Assembly: GCF_001457595.1 (NCBI RefSeq)
Contig: NZ_LN831039.1
Coordinates: 30,001-62,000 of the forward strand
Direction of reading: 5' to 3'
Length of the DNA: 32,000 bases
Source of the DNA: Mycolicibacterium smegmatis
Lineage (GTDB): Bacteria > Actinomycetota > Actinomycetes > Mycobacteriales > Mycobacteriaceae
The position numbers were made by a program, and so were the translations under genes. Each line of letters opens with the position of its first letter. Position 1 is the stretch's first letter. This document shows positions 12,001 to 19,175 of the stretch, piece by piece. Below the pieces are notes generated by a model. It had not been told where the DNA came from. It ran no database searches and saw only the letters and a program-made list of their open reading frames with translations.

Positions 12001-13236
12001 GCCTACTACGTGCCCGCAGGCGTCGAGGCCTCCGCCGGTGAATTACGCGACGAACTGCGCGAGCACGCCGCGGCCGCCCTGCCGTCGCACATGGTGCCGT
12101 CGGGCTTCGTCGCGCTGACGGAGTTCCCGCTCACCCCGAGCGGAAAGCTCGACCGCAGGGCACTACCCGAATTCGCCGGAGCCACCGCGGGCGTGCCGGG
12201 TCGAGCGCCCACCACCGAGCGACAGCACCGGTTGTGCGAACTGTTCTCCGACGTGCTCGGGCTCGAGGTGACCGGCATCGACGACGACTTCTTCGTCCTC
12301 GGCGGACATTCTCTGCTGCTGGTGCGCCTGGCAGCGGCGCTGCGCCGCGAGTTCTCCGTCGACGTCCCGGTCGCCGATCTGATGGTGTCGCCGACGGTGG
12401 CCGATATCGACCAGCGTCTCGACGCCGCAGGTTCATCGGTGGACAGCCTCGCGCCGGTGCTGCCGTTCCGGGCATCGGGTACCGATGCTCCGCTGTTCTG
12501 TGTGCACCCTGCCAGCGGGCTGAGCTGGCAATTCGCGGGCCTCAAACGCCATCTGCCACGCCAGATCCCGATATACGGCCTGCAGTCCCCCCTGTTCACG
12601 GGGACACCGTTGCCAGAATCGATCGCCGAGCTCACAGCGCGGTACGCCGACACCATCGTCGCGGTCGCGCCGTCGGGCCCGGTCCGGTTGCTCGGGTGGT
12701 CATTCGGCGGTTCCATGGCGTTGCTGATCGCGCAGGAGCTGTCACGTCGCGGGCGTGAGGTGACGTTCGTCGGCATGCTCGACGCGCGCACCGACACCGC
12801 GGATCCGAACGCCGGGTTCGACCCCGAGGCCGTGCTGGCGGGTCTGCTGCGTGAGATGGGCTTCGGTGTGGACCCGCAGGCACGCATGACCGTGGCCGAC
12901 GCGGTGGCCCTGGTGCGCGACACCGACGACGCGATCACGGTGCTCGACGACGAGCAGATCGCCCTCGTGATCGAGAACTACGTCGCCGCCGAGAGATTGA
13001 CCGCGGACGCCGATTACGGCCGCTACGACGGCGACGTGTTCTTCGTCGACGCGACGATCCTGGAGATGGATCTGGCAGGCGTGGCCTCCCGCGGTTGGCA
13101 CGATCACGTGGGCGGCCGGCTCAAGGTCGCCGAACTCGACTGCAGGCACTCCGAGTTGATGGATGCCGAGGTGCTCGAGCGGCTGGGTCCGCTCATCGCC
13201 GCGGAGTTGCGGGGCGGTGATGTGGCTTCTGGATAG
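1..13236 (+). CDS. fxbC: Non-ribosomal peptide synthetase, 5'-truncated by the window edge; exochelin-type hydroxamate siderophore synthetase (FxbC-like)
   Basis: One uninterrupted frame-1 ORF. The frame is already open at nt 1 ([32 protein letters not shown].. reads as a carrier domain before the first Met at 79), so the true start lies upstream. Domain order from core motifs: T (GGDSI, Ser codon 146-148) - E ([10 protein letters not shown] from 673; ERHGRE; RTVGWFTS; FNYLG) - C ([10 protein letters not shown] from 2086) - A ([11 protein letters not shown] from 3451; NGKLD 4465) - T (GGDSI 4621) - E ([10 protein letters not shown] from 5193) - C ([10 protein letters not shown] from 6625) - A ([11 protein letters not shown] from 8041; NGKLD 9052) - T (GGHSL 9223) - C (HHIAIDEWS from 9781) - A ([11 protein letters not shown] from 11155; SGKLD 12139) - T (GGHSL 12301) - TE (GWSFGG from 12694). 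Stop TAG 13234-13236. The symbol rests on my memory of the M. smegmatis exochelin locus and is less certain than the NRPS call. Confidence 0.97.
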   Translation: MPEPVAATSGTGRTPRTDREATLLEIVASVLGIDGIGVDDDFFTLGGDSISSISVCGRARKAGLNITPRDVFRRRTIAALAASADTTQTPESGPDTGTGAITATPMLAETAQANTPLTNFYQAMVLATPAGITAHEVQRVLQTVVDAHAMLRARLVTTATGWTLTVPDQTAAIGLTVRSGALTSDCVEAEKAAAAAELDPRAGNMVRAVWFDAPEASGQLLLVIHHLVIDGVSWRILSEDLSRAWNDLAAGRDVAADAVPTSFHTWANALAQRTFDDEREYWADVLATPDPDLGSRPPDPAIDTADTVRSHEVTLPSDVTAALLTSVPAAMHGGVNDVLLTGLAVALGQWRADRGHSQNTATVISLERHGRESDLVAADLDLSRTVGWFTSIYPVRIDPGPLEWDTVRSAGAELAAAAKAVKEQLRAVPNRGLGYGVLRHLHGALDGTPPQILFNYLGRFTGGSGNDWRPVAGIGALTEGVDPSNPAMPLEINALAEERPDGTVLSMTLAWPGGLLDADDVAELGSMWADVLVALTRCDALRGHTPSDFGLVTVSQDDIDGWDRLGEVEEVLPLLPLQEGMYFHSMFGDPATDTYRVQQIAQLSGPVDPEVLRTSLTVVMRRHQALRASFNELTDGRVAQVIWSDVPVQLTVVDTDDLESIAAEELARPFNLAEAPLVRYTLVRLGDDDHRLVQTMHHIIADGWSYPVLFGDIVDHYNAAIGVGSAPQSITVTLRDHIETVTDRDRGAARQAWEQALAGAEPTALVPRPDGAPVGEHRSVVRRLDSARTAAVGRAARVHGVTVGTVLHGAWGLMLGRLLGRNRVVFGSTVSGRGGDLAGTESIVGLLINTIPVPMSWEPHATLASALIDLQDQQSALLDAQQMGLAELARLAGVREFFDTMVIVENFPSTSSAEHTDPRAVAFRGFTGTDSPHYPVSFVAYADDQLTVEIKYDAGVVTPEQAERYAERVERILTAFAETPDLPVSRIDLRTNAERQFTAGHASRPGPGRTLGASFAEVAATYPDAVAVSCGDTRLTYRELDDRAAAVAATLAERGVGAESRVAIALPRSADLIVAVLAVIKAGGTYVPIDIGAPAARVQHILADSAPVCLLTDTAERFTGVPHVILAEAAQNPARPQAPTVSPDHAAYVIYTSGSTGVPKGVEVTHRNVAALFAGTTSGLYDFGPDDVWTMFHSAAFDFSVWELWGPLLHGGRLVVVEHDVARDPERFVDLLARERVTVLNQTPSAFYPLLEADARLRRQLALRYVIFGGEALDVRRLAPWYANHESHSPRLVNMYGITETCVHVSHRALDTADTGAAGSVIGGPLPGLRIHLLDNNLQPVPAGVVGEMYIAGGQVARGYTGRPGLTATRFVANPFDGAGERLYRSGDLAMWTDAGELVYLGRSDAQVKVRGYRIELGEVEAALVTLPGVTNAAADVRHDDTGRARLIGYVVGDALDIGALRSTLAERLPDYMVPSVLLRLDVLPLTVNGKLDRAALPDPEPVEQAPAPVAGTGTASLLAGLCTEILGTTVGVEDDFFTAGGDSIIAIQLVNRARREGVRITPQQVFVHRTPAALASVLDTGSVAAPDATPDEDAGPDLGEVMLTPIVQRLAELGGTVTRFNQSELLRTPAGATVARLETAINAVIARHDALRIRLHRPAPMLWSLETTAAAPVSITRIDAHGFDDEQLRTVIATESDAAADRLDPENGVVVVAVWFDRGTDTQGRLLLVVHHLAVDGVSWRILLDDLAEAYRQALSGQRVAPAPVTTSLRQYARTVNENAQHSSRLTEFEHWTEVLAPGGELVATADVVTLTVGATRDHEIRLSTEDTAPLLTTVPAAANADVTETLVAALHLAVSRWRAARGEAADAPLVLSLERHGRDGWPDDVDLSRTVGWFTSIAPVRLPAPGEDLLNTLKAVKESLRAAPDGGLGFGQLRYCNPRTSAVLARLGTPQLLFNYLGRWAADACDDWASAPEVDALRTEPNPDLGTPYLVEVNAICDDTVDGPRLRATLTYADGELDEPSVAELGELWVAALRELGSLATGGDAALTPSDLPLVTLTQEHIDRVTGAVPGNVETIWPLSPLQEGVYLQARYATAAVYIVQNVFDFAEPVDTTALRTAYSAVMARNPVLRSAFWADDLPQPVAAIVADPVCEPRVVDLGGLPATQVERRVEEITADDRQQTFDLAAAPLARMTVLRTPDRDRLIFSYHFLLLDGWSREQLLRELFAEYTAARGGAVAQLPAPTADFTDYLRWLARQDRDVSAREWSEALRDLEAPTLLVPDAVGTDPTLALRLEFLLSEADTAALTAAARSAGVTLNALISTALAMVLAYETGRDDVVFGSTVAGRPTDLDGIDSVIGLFLNTVPTRVRLAPHRTVADTMRAVQSDRLRLMDHEYLGLGDIQRAVSTGGGPLFDSLYVLQNFLDDDTFTDMEAQYGIVGHDSIDASHYPLTWVASPGRRLWMKLEYRPDVVERDRAQGLLDRLRQVLLQVGTGVERPSAALTLPLPAEADHKRTRDAATEHDLPHASVLDLLAERAVQSGDLTALVCGGEFVDYAELLARVNRLAWVLRSRGIGPEDTVALAVPRSIDAVVALFAVLRAGAAYLPLELDYPDERLAVMLGDAEPVRVLVTGATAQRIARVASAPLTVLDAPDTCDELARARSDWDGYSPHPDQPAYVIYTSGSTGKPKGVVTPHRGLTNMHLNHREAIFAPTIARAHGRRLKIAHTVSFSFDMSWEELLWLIEGHEVHICDEVLRRDATSLVRYCHDHRIDVINVTPTYAALLFEEGLLEQAGHPPVLVLLGGEAVSTTVWNRLRDSERWYGYNLYGPTEYTINTLGGGTDDSATPTVGTPIWNTRAHILDNWLRPVPDGVPGELYIAGAGLARGYLGQPGLTASRFVANPFEPGRMYRTGDLVVRRADDNIDFLGRTDDQVKIRGYRVELGDIEAALVSHPGVSQAAVIARPDTAGSSRLVAYVVPTTENPDVLDDLRMHLTATLPAYMVPTAMATLTEIPLTDNGKLDTRALPDVAPIGRHGAGRAPQGAVEVTLCTVFAEVLGLDGPDGLSVDDDFFDLGGHSLLTIRLISRIRSELGAELTLGDVFNSRTVAALARHVTADEGDNRRPRLVAGPRPQHIPASPAQRRMLMLDRLGETGSAYNYPLVFRVRGALDVDALRDALTAVVDRHEALRTVFDDRDGVYHQRILPRGTQPPLHVSDCPEHELATRADALVEHRFDLTGEIPLRVDVLRSGPEDHTVVMLLHHIAIDEWSDAVFLADLDAAYAAHRAGTAAPLPEPVVQYADHTLWQRDVLAQLGDRQREFWRTALAGAPDELALPADRPRPARPTGAGGTLDVEITAETASALRRLAADKQVSMLMVLHAAVAVLIHRLGAGDDIVVGTPVAGRDDAALDDVVGLFVNTVVLRADLAGNPTFTELLDRVRTADLAAFAHQDLPFDHLVEELNPPRVAGRNPLFNLFVGYHLRSGTDSDMFGLPTEWTEPAVSAAMFDLGFTLVDHGGDESASITAEYAADLFDASTVHTLARRLVALLDHVVADAETRIGALDLLAPGEHDTLVVEHNATEHPLEPITLGALVSRQATSTPHATALRYEESELSYRDLDGWSDRLAAHLSARGAAPGTVVGVSLPRSVELVVALVAVAKSGAAFLPLDPEYPRERLEYMVSDARPITVLDDPDAVRRSRGEPDGELPRIDPAAWAYVLYTSGSTGRPKGVAVAHAGIVNRIACLQHAYPLGTDDRMLVKTPISFDTSVWEVFWPLSVGATLVVARPGGHREPAYLAAMIAEQCVTAVDFVPSMLEVFLDEVAGTCASLTRVTVGGEALTTELAARFAEAFPGVPLHNLYGPTEAAVDVLGWTADGGPVALGVPGWNVRAYVLDDYLNPVPAGAPGELYLAGIQLADGYLHRGALTAARFVASPFDQGARMYRTGDVVRWRADGQLEYLGRSDDQIKLRGVRIEPGEIETVLATHPAVSSVRVIARGGRLMAYYVPAGVEASAGELRDELREHAAAALPSHMVPSGFVALTEFPLTPSGKLDRRALPEFAGATAGVPGRAPTTERQHRLCELFSDVLGLEVTGIDDDFFVLGGHSLLLVRLAAALRREFSVDVPVADLMVSPTVADIDQRLDAAGSSVDSLAPVLPFRASGTDAPLFCVHPASGLSWQFAGLKRHLPRQIPIYGLQSPLFTGTPLPESIAELTARYADTIVAVAPSGPVRLLGWSFGGSMALLIAQELSRRGREVTFVGMLDARTDTADPNAGFDPEAVLAGLLREMGFGVDPQARMTVADAVALVRDTDDAITVLDDEQIALVIENYVAAERLTADADYGRYDGDVFFVDATILEMDLAGVASRGWHDHVGGRLKVAELDCRHSELMDAEVLERLGPLIAAELRGGDVASG

Positions 13237-13250
13237 TGGCCGGAAGACAG

Positions 13251-13283
13251 CGGTGCCCCGCCGCGGCGTGCGGCGGGGCACCG
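13251..13283. terminator. Perfect GC-rich hairpin between convergent NRPS and binding-protein genes (bidirectional terminator candidate)
   Basis: cggtgccccgccgc (13251-13264) pairs perfectly with gcggcggggcaccg (13270-13283): 14-bp stem, 5-nt loop ggcgt. It sits in the 64-bp gap between the stop codons at 13236 (+) and 13301 (-). No U-tract, as is common in mycobacteria. Confidence 0.55.
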
Positions 13284-13300
13284 GAAACCGGTTGTGCGCG

Positions 13301-14305
13301 TCAGGCGTTCGACAGGTCGGCCACCGGGCGGCCGTTCAGCGCGTTCGCCAGCTGCGGGGTGAGCACGTCGAGTGCGTACTGCAGCGAATCGGGTCCGCTG
13401 TAGGTCAGCGCATCGCTGAGCTTCGACTCGAACGTGGTGTACAGGGTGCGGCCGTCACGGACCACGCCCAGCCGCTCGAAGGCCGGCGAGGTGATCAGTT
13501 CGTCCTTGGTGGCGCCGTTGACGAACAGCACGTCACGATCGAGCAGGTCGAGCTTCTCCTCGCTGACATCACCCACCACGTCCTGGGTCTGGAAGCCAAG
13601 TGCGGTGAACAGCGAACGCCGCGGGTCGTTTTCGCCGAGCAGGTAGTGCCCGCCGTCGGCCGGTCCGAAGTCGACCACCAGCGTCTTACCCTCGAACTCG
13701 GGGTTGTTCCTGCGGGCCTCGTCGATCTTGCCCTGAACCTCGTCGAGGAGTTCCTTGGCCTCGGCCTCTTTACCGAGCGCCTTGCCGGTGGTGAGAAGCT
13801 GGACATCCCAAGGGGTTTCCTCGTCGGCGTAATCGGCCGACTGGATCACCGTCGGCGCGATCTGCGACAGCCTGTCGTAAGTTTGCTGATCGATGGTTTC
13901 GTAGATTGCCAGAATCAGATCGGGCTTCTGTGCCGCGATCGCTTCGAAGTCGATCGAATCCGAGCCCCAGGTGGGGATTCCTTTGCCGCCGGTGGCCTCT
14001 TGGACCCACGGCAAGTCGTTGTAGTTCTCCGAGAACTCACGTGCGCTCACCGGCACGACACCGAACGGGAGCACGAAGTCCTGGTCGGTCCAGCCCACCG
14101 TCACCACACGGCTCGGATTCTCGGGAACCGTTGTCTCGCCGAACTTGTGGCTGATGGTCGTGGCGCCCGATTCGGCCGCGGGCTCGGATTCGGAACCGCA
14201 CGCGCTCACCATGCCGATGGCGACGGCGGCCGCGAAAATCGGTGCCATGGCGCGAAGCCAATGTCGGCGCCGGTTCGGCGGCCGATCTCGATGCTGACGT
14301 GTCAC
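13301..14305 (-). CDS. Fe(III)-siderophore ABC transporter substrate-binding lipoprotein (FhuD/FepB family, FxuD-like)
   Basis: 334-aa ORF. N-terminus has an Arg-rich n-region (NRRRHWL), a hydrophobic core and a lipobox-like GMVSAC|GS, consistent with a possibly Tat-exported lipoprotein. The body (VVTVGWTDQDFVLPFGVVPV..., KPDLILAIYE..., DVLFVNGAT) is typical of periplasmic-binding-protein class 2 iron-siderophore receptors. The start at 14305 is GTG; an alternative ATG lies at 14248. Confidence 0.9.
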   Translation of the reverse strand: MTRQHRDRPPNRRRHWLRAMAPIFAAAVAIGMVSACGSESEPAAESGATTISHKFGETTVPENPSRVVTVGWTDQDFVLPFGVVPVSAREFSENYNDLPWVQEATGGKGIPTWGSDSIDFEAIAAQKPDLILAIYETIDQQTYDRLSQIAPTVIQSADYADEETPWDVQLLTTGKALGKEAEAKELLDEVQGKIDEARRNNPEFEGKTLVVDFGPADGGHYLLGENDPRRSLFTALGFQTQDVVGDVSEEKLDLLDRDVLFVNGATKDELITSPAFERLGVVRDGRTLYTTFESKLSDALTYSGPDSLQYALDVLTPQLANALNGRPVADLSNA

Positions 14306-14342
14306 GTGGATCTCCCCCTGTGGGTCCGGTTGGATGAGCTAC

Positions 14343-14361
14343 CTAGCTTAGGCTTGCATTA
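14343..14361. promoter_or_regulatory. Candidate IdeR iron box (weak), about 38 bp upstream of the binding-protein start
   Basis: CTAGCTTAGGCTTGCATTA against the 19-bp IdeR consensus TTAGGTTAGGCTAACCTAA gives 13/19 by hand alignment, with the central TTAGGCT exact. It lies in the 250-bp divergent promoter region of an iron-siderophore locus. Confidence 0.3.
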
Positions 14362-14471
14362 CTACCACGGGATGGAGATTCACAGGAACCTGTCAGGAAA
14401 CACCCAGGAATCAGTGCGGCCCTTGGGTTTTGGTCGTCGCGAGCAAAGGTGGGGGTTGCAATGCGGCTTAG

Positions 14472-14490
14472 ATAGGTTAGCCTTCGCTAT
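14472..14490. promoter_or_regulatory. Candidate IdeR iron box, about 66 bp upstream of the panD-like start
   Basis: ATAGGTTAGCCTTCGCTAT against TTAGGTTAGGCTAACCTAA gives 13/19. The left half-site matches 8/9 (TAGGTTAG exact) and the right half-site 5/9. Confidence 0.35.
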
Positions 14491-14555
14491 GAAAACGCTG
14501 TGGGGGGCGTGTGCTCGGCTGCGCCGGACCAACTGCATACAAGAGGGGGGTGACG

Positions 14556-14966
14556 ATGCAAAGAGTGCTGCTGGCAAGCAAGATTCACCGCGCAACAGTG
14601 ACTCAAGCGGACCTGCACTACGTCGGGTCCATAACGATCGACGCGGAACTGATGGCAGCCGCGGACATCGTCGAGGGTGAACAGGTGCACGTCGTGGACA
14701 TCACGAGCGGGGCACGACTGGTCACCTACGCCATCACCGGCACCCCGGGGTCGGGTGTGATCGGCATCAACGGCGCTGCCGCCCATCTCATTTCGCCAGG
14801 AAACCTGGTGATCATCATGTCGTTCGTACATCTCGACGAAGCCGAACGTGCCGATCACCGGGCAAACGTCGTGCACGTCGACGCCGACAACCACATCGTC
14901 ACCATCGGATCCGACCCGGCCCAGCCGGTACCAGGGGCGGCCGATCAGCTGGTGGGACGGGTGTGA
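14556..14966 (+). CDS. panD: Aspartate 1-decarboxylase (pyruvoyl-dependent, PanD family); pathway-linked beta-alanine supply
   Basis: [33 protein letters not shown]... carries the PanD hallmarks: Lys in SKIHRATV, the Gly-Ser self-cleavage site in YVGSITID, and GINGAAAH. I chose the ATG at 14556, preceded by the purine-rich agagggggg (14542-14550), rather than the ORF-track start at 14511. Confidence 0.9.
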   Translation: MQRVLLASKIHRATVTQADLHYVGSITIDAELMAAADIVEGEQVHVVDITSGARLVTYAITGTPGSGVIGINGAAAHLISPGNLVIIMSFVHLDEAERADHRANVVHVDADNHIVTIGSDPAQPVPGAADQLVGRV

Positions 14967-16300
14967 CAGGGACAAACATGCAGAGCATCGATCATCTCAA
15001 CGGCCGCAACGGGGACAGTCCCGTGCTCGACGTCGTGGGCGTCGGCTTCGGGCCCTCCAATCTCGCGCTCGCCATCGCGATCCGCGAGTACAACGAAACC
15101 CACGCCGAGGCCATCAACGCCGAGTTCGTCGAGGTCAAACCCGAATTCGGTTGGCACACCGGGATGTTGATCCCCGGCGCCACGATGCAGGTTTCGTTCT
15201 TGAAAGACCTGGCGACACAACGCAACCCAACCAGTGAGTTCACCTTCCTGAACTATCTCACCGAACGTCGCCGTCTCACCGAGTTCATCAACTTCAAGAC
15301 GTTCTTTCCCACCCGCCTGGAATTCCACGACTACCTGTCCTGGGCGGCCGACAAGGTCGGTGCGACCGTGCACTACGGCTCACGCGTGGTGTCGGTACGC
15401 GATACCGACGGGGCCTTCGACGTCACCGTGACCGGCGCAACCGAGGGAATCCTGCGGGCGCGCAACGTCGTCGTCGCCGGCGGGTTGCAGCCCCTGTTGC
15501 CGCCGGGTGTGCAGCGCACGCGGCGCCAGATCCACAACCACGGGCTGCTGCACGATCTCGCGGCCATGCCGGACCCGCGCCACAACCGGTACGTGGTGGT
15601 CGGCGCCGGGCAGAGCGCTGCCGAGGTGTGCGCCTACCTGCACGATCTCTCACCGGACAACGAGGTCCACGGCGTCTTCGCGAAGTACGGGTACAGCCCG
15701 GCCGACGACAGCCCGTTCGCCAACCGCGTGTTCGACCCGGACGCGGTGGACGACTTCTTCGTCGCCGATCCGGCTGTGCGGCGCCGGCTGATCAACTACC
15801 ACCGCAGCACCAACTACTCGGCGGTGGACCTCGAGCTGATCGAAGAGCTCTACGCCCGTGAGTACGCCGAGCGTGTCGCCGGACGGCGGCGGTTGTTCGT
15901 GCGTGGCGCGTCGAGCGTGCAGCACACCGACGAGGACGACGCCGGCGTGCGCGTGCACATCCGTCACCACCCGTCCGGCACGGTCGAGGAACTCGACTGC
16001 GATGCCGTCATCTACGCGACGGGCTTCATGCCTGCGCGGCTCGACGGCATCCTCGGCGACCTCTACCACGATCTGGTGCTCGAGGACGGAAACCCTGTGG
16101 TGTCAAGGGATTACCGCCTGGCGACCGTGCCGCCGACCGCGGGCGGGCTCTACATCCAGGGCAACACCGAGCACACGCACGGGCTGACCTCGTCGCTGTT
16201 GTCCAACATCGCGGTGCGCAGCGGCGAGATCCTGGAGTCGGTGATCACCCACACCAGGACCGGCACCCACCGGCTCAGCCCGGTCGGCAGCGACGCCTGA
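14963..16300 (+). CDS. L-ornithine N5-monooxygenase (PvdA/SidA-type flavin N-hydroxylase)
   Basis: FAD motif [17 protein letters not shown] motif [11 protein letters not shown], and DAVIYATGF near the C-terminus. The GTG at 14963 overlaps the panD stop (GTGA). An in-frame ATG at 14978 is an alternative start. Confidence 0.9.
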   Translation: MTGTNMQSIDHLNGRNGDSPVLDVVGVGFGPSNLALAIAIREYNETHAEAINAEFVEVKPEFGWHTGMLIPGATMQVSFLKDLATQRNPTSEFTFLNYLTERRRLTEFINFKTFFPTRLEFHDYLSWAADKVGATVHYGSRVVSVRDTDGAFDVTVTGATEGILRARNVVVAGGLQPLLPPGVQRTRRQIHNHGLLHDLAAMPDPRHNRYVVVGAGQSAAEVCAYLHDLSPDNEVHGVFAKYGYSPADDSPFANRVFDPDAVDDFFVADPAVRRRLINYHRSTNYSAVDLELIEELYAREYAERVAGRRRLFVRGASSVQHTDEDDAGVRVHIRHHPSGTVEELDCDAVIYATGFMPARLDGILGDLYHDLVLEDGNPVVSRDYRLATVPPTAGGLYIQGNTEHTHGLTSSLLSNIAVRSGEILESVITHTRTGTHRLSPVGSDA

Positions 16301-16303
16301 CGT

Positions 16304-16714
16304 TCAGGGCTTGGGGGCGACCTCGACGCTCGGCGCGAGCGTCGGCGGCTCCTGGGGTCGGCTACGGCGCCGCACGATGGAGAACGCCGCGGCTCCCCCG
16401 CCGAGCACGGTGACCGCGACCGCGGCGATCAGCAGCGGACGCCTGCGCCGCTTCTTCGGCGGGCTGACCACCTCCTGCACGGCTTCCTGGATCGTCTCGG
16501 GAAGCGCAGCAACGGCTTCGGCAGCCGCGGCGAGCTGGCGCTGAAGCTTGCCGGACTCATAGCGGCGGCGTAGCTCGGCAGCGGTTGCCTGCGCGGTGTC
16601 GGCGCCGATGCCCAGGACGCCGCGTGTGATGTCCACCGGTCCCACCGCGGTGTATTTGAGACCGCGGGTGAGGCGTTGACGAGGGGCCAATCGGACATCT
16701 GCTCTGGCGGGCAT
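16304..16714 (-). CDS. cwsA: Cell wall synthesis protein CwsA (Rv0008c family), C-terminal single transmembrane helix
   Basis: Only the last 136 codons of the 310-aa track ORF look genuine. MPARADVRLAPRQRLTRGLKYTAVGPVDITRG...GGGAAAFSIVRRRSRP...SVEVAPKP matches my memory of M. tuberculosis CwsA (..LTPRERLTRGLAYSAVGPVDVTRG...GGAVAFSIVRRSSRP..SVEVQPRP). ATG is at 16714-16712. The gene is divergent from ppiA, as in other mycobacteria. Confidence 0.8.
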   Translation of the reverse strand: MPARADVRLAPRQRLTRGLKYTAVGPVDITRGVLGIGADTAQATAAELRRRYESGKLQRQLAAAAEAVAALPETIQEAVQEVVSPPKKRRRRPLLIAAVAVTVLGGGAAAFSIVRRRSRPQEPPTLAPSVEVAPKP

Positions 16715-16834
16715 CTCGCACCTTTCTGACACGGACTGCGTACTGCCTGTCCAGAGTGCCACTTCCGTGCTCGCGCGGGGCGGATCTGGCGGGCCCCGCC
16801 CCGGCGGCGCCACGGAGATGGCAGACTGGCCTTC

Positions 16835-17362
16835 GTGACGAGTCCTATTCAGACCGCGACCGCGACCCTGCACACCAACCGCGGCGACATCAAGATCGCA
16901 CTGTTCGGCAACCACGCCCCGAAGACGGTGAACAACTTCGTCGGCCTGGCGCAGGGCACCAAGGACTACAGCACCGAGAACGCCTCGGGTGGCACCTCCG
17001 GCCCGTTCTACGACGGCGCCGTCTTCCACCGCGTCATCGACGGCTTCATGATCCAGGGCGGTGACCCCACCGGCACGGGTCGTGGCGGCCCGGGTTACAA
17101 GTTCGAGGACGAGTTCCACCCCGAGCTGCAGTTCGACAAGCCGTACCTGCTGGCCATGGCCAACGCCGGCCCGGGCACCAACGGCTCGCAGTTCTTCATC
17201 ACCGTGGGCAAGACGCCGCACCTCAACCGGCGCCACACCATCTTCGGTGAGGTCGTCGACGAGGAGTCGCAGAAGGTCGTCGACGCGATCGCCTCGACGC
17301 CCACCGACCGTAGCGACCGTCCGACCGAGCCGGTCGTGATCGAGTCCATCACGATCGCCTGA
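16835..17362 (+). CDS. ppiA: Cyclophilin-type peptidyl-prolyl cis-trans isomerase A
   Basis: 175 aa. [34 protein letters not shown]...[27 protein letters not shown]...GSQFFIT is a textbook cyclophilin and nearly identical to mycobacterial PpiA. GTG start at 16835 (see the finding on the upstream ATG). Confidence 0.95.
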   Translation: MTSPIQTATATLHTNRGDIKIALFGNHAPKTVNNFVGLAQGTKDYSTENASGGTSGPFYDGAVFHRVIDGFMIQGGDPTGTGRGGPGYKFEDEFHPELQFDKPYLLAMANAGPGTNGSQFFITVGKTPHLNRRHTIFGEVVDEESQKVVDAIASTPTDRSDRPTEPVVIESITIA

Positions 17363-17375
17363 CGGCCCTTTTTCA

Positions 17376-17438
17376 CCGCGACTGTGCGGTCTCGTACGCC
17401 CGCCACGGCGTGTTGCGTATGAAACCGCACGGTCGCGG
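17376..17438. terminator. Extended imperfect hairpin between convergent ppiA and the PH-domain gene
   Basis: 17376-17390 (ccgcgactgtgcggt) pairs with 17424-17438 (accgcacggtcgcgg): 15 bp including one G-U pair. A nested tacgc/gcgta pair lies at 17395-17399 and 17415-17419. It starts 14 nt after the ppiA stop. No U-tract. Confidence 0.3.
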
Positions 17439-17465
17439 GCTCTTGTGAGCGCCTAATACCCGGCT

Positions 17466-17873
17466 CTAATACCCGGCCGCCTTCAGCGCGTCGAGCACGT
17501 CGAGGGGGTCGGTTCCCAGATCCCAGCGGGTGAACACCACGAGCCTGCCGTCGTGCGCGTCGATCTCGAGCATGCGGACCTTGCGGGCGAGCCTGCGGAA
17601 CTCCGTGATGCGGATCGTGTCGATCTCGTCGTGCCGGAACGTCCTGGTGCGCGCCCATCCGCGGACCACCAGACCGTCGTCCGTGATTGCCAGTTTCGGC
17701 CGCGAACGTAACGAGAAGCTTGCGAACGTGAGCAATCCCACGGCGGCAATGCCGGCAAGAACACGTCCGGGCGGGTCTGTGATCACCGTCACAGCGGCGA
17801 TAGCCATCATAAGTCCGGCTATGCCACAACCTGCGATTCCTGCTGTCGACGGGCTCCACTGAGTTTGCTGCAC
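17466..17873 (-). CDS. Conserved membrane protein with bacterial PH domain (Rv0010c family)
   Basis: 135 aa. Two N-terminal hydrophobic helices (IAGCGIAGLMMAIAAVTVI, LAGIAAVGLLTFASF) are followed by LAITDDGLVVRGWARTRTFRHDEIDTIRI..MLEIDAHDGRLVVFTRWDLG, typical of the bPH/low-molecular-weight-antigen-6 fold. It sits between ppiA and crgA, as in other mycobacteria. Confidence 0.8.
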   Translation of the reverse strand: MQQTQWSPSTAGIAGCGIAGLMMAIAAVTVITDPPGRVLAGIAAVGLLTFASFSLRSRPKLAITDDGLVVRGWARTRTFRHDEIDTIRITEFRRLARKVRMLEIDAHDGRLVVFTRWDLGTDPLDVLDALKAAGY

Positions 17874-18028
17874 GGGTTATTCACACCCTCTTACCCGTAC
17901 CGATGGAGTTATCCACAGGTGCTATCCCCAATGGGGATGAATCACATCGGTGTGATTGAGAGCGGCAGACGTTGCTGGATCGGCGACGCCAAGAACATAA
18001 AATGAATTCATTATTGCCTTGTGTCAGG

Positions 18029-18313
18029 TCAGCGCCAGCGCATGGTGAGCAACAGACCGGTGATCATGAAAGCAAAGGCGATCGCGTAGTTCCACGGACC
18101 GAGATCCGCCATCCACTGGAGGAACGACGGGGTGTCGATCGGGTTGGTTGCCGCCAGCTGGAACACCAGTAGCCAGATGAGACCGAACAGCATGAGGCCG
18201 ATGAACAGAGCGACGAACCAGACACTGGACGGTCCGGCCTTCACCTTCACCGGGGTCCGGCTCACCGGCCTGGAGGTGAAGTCGTTCTTCTTGCGGACTT
18301 TGGACTTGGGCAT
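18029..18313 (-). CDS. crgA: Cell division protein CrgA
   Basis: 94 aa. [13 protein letters not shown]...[25 protein letters not shown]...[24 protein letters not shown] has a basic N-terminus plus two TM helices and is near-identical to mycobacterial CrgA. Confidence 0.93.
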   Translation of the reverse strand: MPKSKVRKKNDFTSRPVSRTPVKVKAGPSSVWFVALFIGLMLFGLIWLLVFQLAATNPIDTPSFLQWMADLGPWNYAIAFAFMITGLLLTMRWR

Positions 18314-18408
18314 GGGTACCTTCGCGGACAGTCGGCGTCACACGGTGCGACGATGAAGAAAGATTGCTTCAAGAGCCTAACGTAGCTGTAAGTCCTGAAG
18401 AGGAGCCG

Positions 18409-19158
18409 ATGGACCAGCCCAGCCGTTCCCGATGGCGCCTCGGTGTGCCGGTCATCTGCCTGCTCGCAGGCCTGCTGCTGGCGGCCACGCACGGCGTCTC
18501 CGGGGGCGACGAGATCCGCCGCAGCGACTCTCCCCGCCTCGTCGACCTGGTGCGCGAGGCCCAGCAGTCCGTCGACCGGCTCGCCGCGCAGCGCGACGCG
18601 CTCGCACTCGAGGTCGACAGCCACCACGGCGGCTCCCCCAGCTCACACGCCGCGCTCGACGCCATCACCGCGCGGACCGCCCAACTCGCCGTCGACGCGG
18701 GCATGGATCCCATGCGCGGCCCGGGCCTGGTGGTGACGCTCAACGACGCACAGCGCGACGCCGAGGGCCGGTTCCCCCGCGACGCCGCCCCCGATGACCT
18801 CGTCGTGCACCAGCAGGACATCCAGGCCGTGCTCAACGCGCTGTGGAGCGCAGGCGCCGAGGGCATCCAGATGCAGGACCAGCGCATCATCGCGACGTCG
18901 GCGCCTCGCTGCGTGGGCAACACCCTGCTGCTCAACGGTCGCACCTACAGCCCGCCGTACGTCATAACCGCAATCGGCGACGCCGCCGCGATGCAGGCCG
19001 CACTCGCCGAGGCGCCGCTGGTCACGTTGTACAAGCAGTACGTGCTGCGCTTCGGCCTCGGCTACACCGAGGAGCCCAAGGCCGAGGTCACTCTCGCCGG
19101 CCACACCGAGCCCGTGCGCATGCGCTACGCGAAACCGGCGGGACCCCTCGGCTACTGA
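18409..19158 (+). CDS. DUF881-family membrane protein (Rv0012 family)
   Basis: I chose the ATG at 18409, preceded by gaagaggag, rather than the track start at 18364. It has an N-terminal TM helix (VPVICLLAGLLLAA), a coiled region, then GPGLVVTLNDA...DLVVHQQDIQAVLNALWSAGAEGIQMQDQRI, characteristic of DUF881. It is divergent from crgA. Confidence 0.8.
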   Translation: MDQPSRSRWRLGVPVICLLAGLLLAATHGVSGGDEIRRSDSPRLVDLVREAQQSVDRLAAQRDALALEVDSHHGGSPSSHAALDAITARTAQLAVDAGMDPMRGPGLVVTLNDAQRDAEGRFPRDAAPDDLVVHQQDIQAVLNALWSAGAEGIQMQDQRIIATSAPRCVGNTLLLNGRTYSPPYVITAIGDAAAMQAALAEAPLVTLYKQYVLRFGLGYTEEPKAEVTLAGHTEPVRMRYAKPAGPLGY

Positions 19159-19175
19159 GCCGGTAACCTGGGCCG

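Noticed and set aside
16715-17236. N-terminal 174 codons of the 310-aa ORF containing cwsA. Analogous upstream extensions occur in the pknA (22962-23150), pbpA (24469-24624), rodA (25881-26351), fhaA (29490-29582) and DUF1772-like (31440-31778) track ORFs.
   Set aside because: The extensions overlap neighbouring genes (ppiA, pbpA, rodA, pstP, TetR) in other frames or strands and have shadow-frame composition. Homology-consistent internal ATG starts give canonical N-termini and ATGA couplings.
17909-17917. Perfect TTATCCACA as evidence of a replication origin
   Set aside because: It is a single box with no cluster of DnaA boxes or adjacent unwinding element. The mycobacterial oriC lies between dnaA and dnaN, outside this window. 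I kept it only as a possible regulatory site.
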